Positions 20,564 to 29,500 of a stretch of DNA of 64,000 nt are shown piece after piece. The notes under the pieces were generated by a model. That model was not told the origin of the DNA. It made no database searches and saw only the letters and a list, made by a program, of their open reading frames with translations. Source of the stretch: Acidimicrobiaceae bacterium (GTDB lineage Bacteria; Actinomycetota; Acidimicrobiia; Actinomarinales; Actinomarinaceae). The position numbers were made by a program, and so were the translations under genes. Each line of letters starts with the position of its first letter. Position 1 is the stretch's first letter. The stretch spans positions 7,027 through 71,026 of the forward strand of contig JAOOBM010000002.1 in NCBI GenBank assembly GCA_028404505.1, in the 5' to 3' direction.

Positions 20564-23500
20564 CTAAAATTTGAATGCTCTTCTTAGTATAAAAGCACCA
20601 AATCCGATTAGCATCAATCCAAATGAAATGATTAAACCACCAACATTTCGACCTGTAAATGGTATTCCTGGTGTTGGAGGGGAATCATCAGTAAATTGTG
20701 GTGTAAATGGATTCGATGCATCCTCTATATAAACAAATTCAACGAAATCATCACCTGGAAGGAACAAGAGTGATTCACCATTATCCTCCATTTCTTGATC
20801 GTCGCCATCACCTTCCATAACATTATCTGTATTTTCAGTAACTTCTACTTCATCGATAGGATTCTGTTCCTCATTAATTGGACGCTCATCCTCGATACAA
20901 TCAGCATCCTTGTTCTTAATCATTTTTTGAACTTTACCATTTTCATTGTTTGTTACTTCAAGAGCAACCGTAAAGAATTTATTTTCTCCTACTTCTATAG
21001 AGGAGAAATCTATTGTTTGGCCTGCTGGGACGTTGACAGTCTCTTGAGCAATGAGTGTTGTGTTGATCCAGATTTTCTTTAGAACTTTTGCAGAAACATT
21101 AGATCTTGAATTATCTACTGTAATACCAAACTCTGCTCCACCGTCTTCGAAGTCACAAACCCTATTAGTTGAAACAATCGGCTCAAATATATATTTCACA
21201 GGTGGCAATGTTGTAGTAGTGACTGACTGACATATAACTGTTTCTGCTTGAGATAACTGATAAGGAGAGTTGAGGTCGAACTGTGTAAAGCTGTTTTCAA
21301 CTGCTCTCCACTGTATAGTTGTATTATCAGATACCGTTAATTTTCTCGTTACAGGACTTGATGCGTTAACTGTGACTGTGTCATAGTTGGTCCATGGTCC
21401 ATTATTAAATTTATATTCAAGATAAAATGTCTTAACTTGATCAGATAGGTTTCTCATTTCTATTGTAGATACGGCAGCACTTTCAGTACATTCAGATATA
21501 GTTTGAATCAATTGAGGATTTGAGATTAAACCATCTCCACATTCTGAAGTTGATTTAGACGGTGTTTGTTGATAGCTTACGTCACTTGTGAGCTTATATT
21601 CAAATACAATTTGATCTCCATCATTTAAAGGAACTTCAATAGAGTAATTCGATGAAGTTGGATTTATTGAAACCGGTGCTGGACCAGACTGTGAAGGTCC
21701 ATTATTGATGGAGTAGTTGTACATCGCACTAACTGATTGAGGCCCAACATTTATAATTCGCAATTTTGCTGATTTACTACTGTTGTCAGCAGGACATATA
21801 ATTTCTGTAACAGCAGTAATTGCGTTAGCTTGAGAACAGTCGTTTCCTGTGCCGGAAACGTATTTATAATCTGTATCAGTAGCTAGTTTGTATCTCCATT
21901 GGAAAGGAGTATTTGCTGGTATTTTTACACCTCCAGTTGAAGTATACGTACTATTTACTGAGGGTGATCCAACACTCTGCCAATCTGCGTTATTGATATT
22001 GATGTCATAAATTACAGTTGCAACTTGACCGGGGTTAACAATAGACAATTTAGCAAATGAGCTACCGTCTACACATTCATTTGTATTGTATGCACTGATA
22101 ACATTTGTAACTGTAGAACAGTCTGATGGAGCAACATTAATTACTGGTTGAGACCAATTTGTTGTACCAGAAATTCGATATCTATAGGTGTAGTAGTTTG
22201 TAGTAAATGGTCTACTATCTACATACGGCTGCAAACTACTAACAGTCTGTGTACCCATTGAAAGATAGTTAGCATTATCTGTTGAATACTGAACTTCAAC
22301 TTGTTTTGAGGCAGTTGAACTACTTGTAATTGTAAATGTAGATGTCTTCGTTGAGGTAGCTCCATTTGGGGTACACGAGTTGGTTGCTGATGCTGACAAG
22401 CTATCATCGATACAGTTCACTTGAGCAGATCTTGTTTCGAAGTTTTCCTGTGAATTAGAATAATCACCCTGAACAATAGATGACTTCCATTTCCAGTTGA
22501 TATATTGTCCAGAGGTTAAATTTTGATAATTAGAGCTATTCTCCTGGCCAACTTCAACAGTTACCTCTGTTAGGAATTGATAGGAACCACCGCTGATTGA
22601 GTAATAGAGTTCATAATACTGGGTTAATGATCCAGTATTTTTAATCGTGATTCTGGAATCTCTCGTTAGATTTGTACAAGCGTCAAAAGCAACTGTAACG
22701 TCAGATGTCTGTATACAACTAACCGATAAAGCTTCAAGCTCTGTATAGGTTCCAGTTAATGTACTGGAAAGTCCCAATCGATATTTCCATTTAACACTTG
22801 AACCACTAAGAACGCTAGGAGAATCCAGGACCAATGGGGTTCCATTTGTAACAGAATAAATTCCTTTAAGGAGGTAGCCGGACCCTGTGTCATACAAAGC
22901 CTCAACATATACTGTCTCATTTGAGTTATTTGTAAATGTTAATTCTGATATTCTCTTTCCTGCAACACACTCTTTAAGAACATTACTAACAGCGACTTGA
23001 TTAAGAATAGGTGTTTCACAATCTAGTGCTGGTATCGTGTCCATTGTTGTCTCTGATGCGGATGTAAGTTTTACGACCGTTCCAGCATATTTATACTTCC
23101 AGCTAATAGTTTGACCACTTACTATTGTTTTGGCTATCGGCAATTCATTACCAGCAGTTATTTCAACTGTCGATACTTCGGTAGTCCAATCTCCAGTATT
23201 GAGTTTAGATTGTACCGTAACAAGCATTGGGGTTGCGCCTGTGTTTTTTAATACAAGTGTAGAAGTTGCTGTTTGATCTGTACATGTGCTGAATCCATGA
23301 CTTACTGTTAATTGGACTCCACAATCAACCTCTTCAGCTCCTCCTGCAAGAGAAATAAAGCTTGCATTTGTTAAAGCTGTGGTGTTGTAAGCAGCTTTAT
23401 ATTGCCATTCGATAGTAGTACCAGAGGTTACAGATTGTGTAACCGAATTAGCTTGCCCTGCAGCAAGCGTTCCATCAGAGGATGTTACTTTATTAATCCA

Positions 23501-26500
23501 TACTCCACCATCAATTCTGTATTGTATGTGGAAATAAGCTGCGTTTGCGCTTGATGACAATGTGGAATAGTTGAAAGTTGAAGTCTTTGCACCAGAGACA
23601 CATTGACTTAATGAAGTATATGGAGTGGAAATGCTTACCCCTGTACAATCAACTACCTCTGAGGTCGGTGGTGTAGTCCAGGTTAAAGAACTAAAATCAT
23701 TTCCCGTTTCAGAGACTTTGTATCTCCACGTTATTGCTTGTCCCTGTTGGACAGATATTGGTATGTCTGTTGAATTTCCAGTCGATACCACAACTTGTTG
23801 AGCTGCAGTAGTCCAGTTGTTGCTATTAGCTCCTTCAAATGTGTATTGGGCTTGATAGTATAAACTTCCCGAACTTGAGTTGAATATGTTTAACTTAGAG
23901 GTCTTGTAGCCATTAGCATCACAGGCGGGATCCATTGTAATAGAGATATCTTCACCATTACAGGTAATAGTTGTCGCATTTAAAGTTGTCCATCCAGTTG
24001 GAAGATCTGCTTGAGTTTTTGCAACTTTATATTGCCACTGTATCGTCTGTCCAGCTTGAACATTTTGTGAATGTGAAAATTCACCATCTACACTTATTTC
24101 TTGGTCTGATTTATCAATCCATTCTCCAGAACCAATTTTGTACTGAACTTTGAAATATGCTGAAGTTGTAGCGCTTGAGCTATTTTTTATTATGAATTTC
24201 ACATTCTTTGTGTCGTTATAACAAAGACCAAATGATTGAACAACACTCGGATCAATATTTTCACAATTTATAGTCTTTTTAAATGCGGAGTTAGCAGTGT
24301 GATCAACCCAGGTTGCAGATGCCAAACCAGCATTAGAAGTTGCTGCTTTATAACGCCATTGGATATATTTTCCAGAAGCTACAGTCTGTGTAAATGCCTG
24401 TGGTGAACCCGCGGTAAGTATTAAGTCATTATCTGCGTCAGCATATGCTGAGGTACCCTCAATAAAATACTGGACATGATAATGTACGTCTCCAGCCGTG
24501 TTGTTGGTTAGGACAAAATTAGATACTTGGCTATTGCTTATACATGTATCTAATGTATGACTGATGAGTGTATCTAATGAGCAATCCTCGGGAGTTTGAG
24601 TACTTTCATTTATCCAGTCACTTTCAGCAGGAGCTGTAGCTGAGGTCATTGGATAGTATCTCCATTGAATTGTTTCTCCATTAGGGACACTTTGATGTAT
24701 GACATTTTGCGCTCCCACACCTACGAAATTTGCTTGGCCGCTCGTGTGATATTGCCAAGACTGATTATCGCCACTCAAATCATATTGAACATAAAAGTAT
24801 GCTCCATCATTGGCAGAAGAAGAGTTTTCCATAGTAAAAGTCGATCTTCTCTGACCACTTATACAAGACCCAAATGCTGAAGAGCCGGTTGCATCAAGAA
24901 TTACACAATCAACAGTAGCTGAAGCCGTGAGTTCTACGACTTCCGCATTTGCATAATCATTAGGTGTATTACTAACCTGATATTTCCATTGAATATTTTT
25001 ATCATGTGGAACATCAACGGTTAATGTTCTATTTGTAAAATTGGGACCAACTTCTAAATTTGCATCTTTTAAAACCCAAGTATTGCCAGTTTTATAATGA
25101 ACCTTAAAATAAACAGTATTGTTTGTTTCATCATTTGTTACATTAAGTGTCGCTGTTTGAGATCCGTTATCACAAGAACCCATTGAATTAGTGACTGTTA
25201 CATTTATTACGCAGTTCACATAACCACTTGTATCATCTTCTGTCCAGTTGTTTAAGAAGTCTGCTGAAGTATTGACAGATTCGTATCTCCAGATAATTTT
25301 CTGTCCTTCAGTTATTTGTAGGTTATTTGATGTTACCTGAGAAGCTCCTGGAGCAACTACAGTATCTATTAACGAGGAGTTTGTCCAATCTGTGACTGTT
25401 GTAGTAGGCGTCACAATTTTGTATTGAACACGGAATTTAGCAGCAGATGTAGAAGCGCCGGTATTAGTTACCTTAAATGTTGCTGCTCTGAAATTCGATC
25501 CACAACTTGAATATTGTGCTTCTACTGTTACTAAACTATATGGACAATTGATTGTCTTTGTATCCGTGTAATTCCATTCCTGTGCATTTAAATTACTCAA
25601 AATTTTATTAACTTTATAACGAATTTGGATTGTTCCCTGGTGCACAACAGTCACTTGCATAGTATGGTTTTCAGTTTGTCCATTCGTTACAGATTCCGCT
25701 GTCTTAAATGCAACCCAATCGGTATCAGTATTTCTTTTGTATTCAACAGTGAAATAAGCTGTGTCAGAACTTGATGGAACTAGGTTTACGATTGGTGTAG
25801 AAGAGCCGTTTCCACATGTTGTTGAATCTACATTTATATCTACTGAACCACCTGCACAGCCACAATCAACTGTTGCACTAGCAGTTACCTCTTCCCACTC
25901 TTGACCATCAAAGTCACCACCATTGGTTGTATCTTTTACTCTCCACTGTATCGTCTCACCATCTGGGACAAATTTTGATAAACTATTATTAGTCGCGCCC
26001 CCACTGACCGAGATATCGAAGGCAGATTCTAGTGAATCCGTTGCAGATAACCACTGACCATTTCCAATCTTGTACTGCACTTTATAGTAAGAGGTGTAGT
26101 TGTCATTATTTTTAATAGATAATGTAGAGGTTGCTCCTAAATCATTACACTCACAAGTTGTTAATGTCTGAGAGTAAGTTGAGTCAGGATCACAGTCAAC
26201 ATTTACAGTTGTTGTGTTGACCATATTATGGTCCATGAAATTATCATTGAATTCATTTGAAGAATCGTCAACTCTATAGTGTTCATAATATGACCCTGTA
26301 CTTGTCAAACCGCCTATATAGTCAAACTGCCTTGCGTTGATGTTTGTATTTGAATATAAGTTGTGATATGTAGTATAAGAGGTGCTAGTGTTAGGCAGAG
26401 TATGATCTCTTACGTAGCCCCATTTGATTTCAAGAGCAGTACCATTAGTTACTTTCACACTTGGCAAATTAATAGTTTCCGTATTAGATAAAGCCGCTCT

Positions 26501-29500
26501 CTGATCGATATGTTTAGACCACGTAACACCCCCGTTTGTTGAGTATTGATAGAAAAGTCTTGCAGGTTGATAAGGATCTAAATGGGTAACCGTAGTGTCA
26601 TTAAACGTAAACTCAACCTGTCCTTTATTTTCTAAACAAGTCAACTGCGTAGTAGTAAGTGTGACAGGTTCTACATCATTCTGATCACAATTGGTATCTG
26701 GTGCAATAGTCATTGTTGTAAAAACACCAGTGAAATTACCCATTGTAAGGTTGTTAGTTGTAGAGGTGTATGTTCTATATCTAATTTGGTACTGATGTGT
26801 TGAGTCAGTAAGAATTACGCCAGCTACGTAATGATTTTGGCTAAAGTTACTTGGCCTGATAAATCCGTAGTAGGTAGGGTGTGTATCATTAAAATGGCCT
26901 TTTGTTCCAGAGTTGGAGGACCAAGAATAGGTGGTTAAGTTTGAGTACTGCATTCTACCAAGAGGTTTCCATGTGTTGCCATCATGTGAGATTTCAGCTT
27001 CTATGTGAATATATGAACTGGAAGTAAAGCTTGCAGATGTGCCGTTTCTTTTAAACTTAAACTCTAACTTATCAGCTCCATAGAGGTTACAAGATACATA
27101 ATCTGTGCTTACTGTGAAAAAGTCATCTGTGCCACAATCAATCGTTATTAAATCATTTATAACTTCTGTACCGTATGATCCGTTTTGTGTGCTCTCAATG
27201 TGATATTTAATCAATACAGTATCATTATTTCCATACGATTCTGGAAGAGTAACCGTACCGTTACTCGTATTTGCATTTAACGTAGCGACAGACCAGTTCG
27301 TATCATAACCCTGGCTATTCTTATTTATTTTGTAGTAAAAATAATTAGTAGTATTAGAAGAGTTCGTGTATCTTATCTTTAATTGTTGTGAACCGTTGTA
27401 ACATGCTTCTGGTGTTGTATTTTGTTCAACTGTTACGGATGATACATCAGAAGAACAGTTGATCAATAATGTACCCGTGGTAGTGAAGGCACCAGAAGGT
27501 GGTGATGTTGCTGCGTATCTGTACTGCATAACAACTGTCGTACCCTGAGGAATTGTATCCTGTATTGTATATGTTTTAACCTCACCTGGAAGAATCATCT
27601 GATAGAGTGTGGCGTTACCGTTATTTGGATCATAGAAGGCGTCGTTGTAGTTTTGCCCTAGATCGGTTGAGTACTGTACATGAAAATAACCAGTAGCCCA
27701 ACCATTGTTGCCAATTGTAATGGTCGGTGTCGCACCGCCAGATACACATGTTCCAAGAGCAATAGATGCTGTGCTAGCTCCAACAGTTGGACAGTTCACT
27801 GTCTTTTCCGCTGAATAATAGGTATTAGAATTTGAGAAATCTCCACTTATATAGGAGAACTGAAATTTATATTTAATTTTGCCAGCATGATTAACTGTTA
27901 ATTCTTTTGTATAGGTAGTACCCATTGCATAATTAGTTTCAACAGGTGTCCAGTTACTTCCACTATCTGTCGATTGCCAAAGCTTCAGATAATACTGCAC
28001 ACCACTTGGTCTTGTAAGCGTGAGTGTAGAGAGTGCAAAACCACCAGTTTCAATTGTATTTTGACATTCGCCAATAGTGACAAGATCGCTGTAAGTGTCA
28101 TTTGTTGAATCAGTCGTAGTTGTTGTTCCCCATCCAGATGTATTAATTTCTGGCTGACAATCAGTAGTTCGCTGTTCTGTAGTTTTATTGTAATTTCCAA
28201 GTGTAATCCAATCAGTTGAGCCAAGTTCATTTTCTGCATACGCAACTTTGTACCTTAGTTTCATAACTGATCCTGTGACATACCTGGTTGAAAGATATAT
28301 ATAACGATTGGCACTCGAACTTGCCATATTTAGATTGTTTGTTGCTTGAACTGCCGTGTATCCGTCAGCTGAAAGACTTCCTGAACCGTTACTTACAGCA
28401 AAGTAACTATTGTCATGGTAAGTGTCATCCATCCTATAAAAAAGATTGGTGGTATAAAAATTGGCACCATTATCATCTGAAACCTCGAATGCATACCACA
28501 GAGATGTTCTGTTTGGATCATTATAGTTTTGGTTATACAAGACCCAGCCCATCCACTGCTTATTGTCTACACAGCTATTTTGTTCGTTAGAAGGTCTTGT
28601 TTCGTATTGATAACTGCTGTTATTATATGGATCTACATTGATATCACAGTCGTGATGATAACTTAACCCACTTGTTGGAGAGTTTAAATACTGATAGGGA
28701 TAGGCTTGCGTATCCCAAGTTGGATTCTCTGTATAAGATTTTTGAATCCTCCAGAACATGTAAGCGTCTTCATTAACCCCATAGGTTACGGCACCAGCTG
28801 TGTATACAAATGTAGTATTAGCAGCTACTGAGAATGTCGTGGCGTCTGGCGTGTTGTAGTTGGGACTGTAGGAAACACTTGTGCTGAGTGTTGAGGCAGT
28901 TCTTGATGGGTTAACTTTAAAGTAAATTGTTTGTGATTCGTTGTTGGTTATTGTCAATGTTGATGTCTGTCCAGCTGAGCTACAAGAAGTAACATCATAA
29001 CTTGCAGAGATATCTGGAATACATTGATGTATTTGTCCGTTAGTGAGATTATATGGATACGCCGTAGTGTTGGTCCAATCCGGTGTCTCAATATAAGAGC
29101 CCTGCACAAGCCACTGCATATATCCGTAAGTTCCATCAGGGTAAAGCTTTCTCATATTTGGACTGCTTGATGCATCATATGTGAGTGTAGAATTTGCCGG
29201 AACAGAGAATGTAATTGCTTCGCTATTAATGTCATAATTCGAAGTGTTAGATGTGCTGTAGTCATAAGGTGTATCGTTTTTTGTAGGAACTGCTCTGAAA
29301 TACAGAGTCTGGGATTCGTTGTTGGTTATTGAAAGAGTAGAGTATTGACCATTAGCTGAACACTCACTAAATGATGCTGATTGAGAGTAATTAGCAATAC
29401 AGTTTGCCTCTCTACTAAATACTGCCCAAGACGCATTTTGTGTAGAGTCAGTAGGGTTTGTTGCTGCAATTCGATACCTAAAATATCCTGTTGAGGAGGT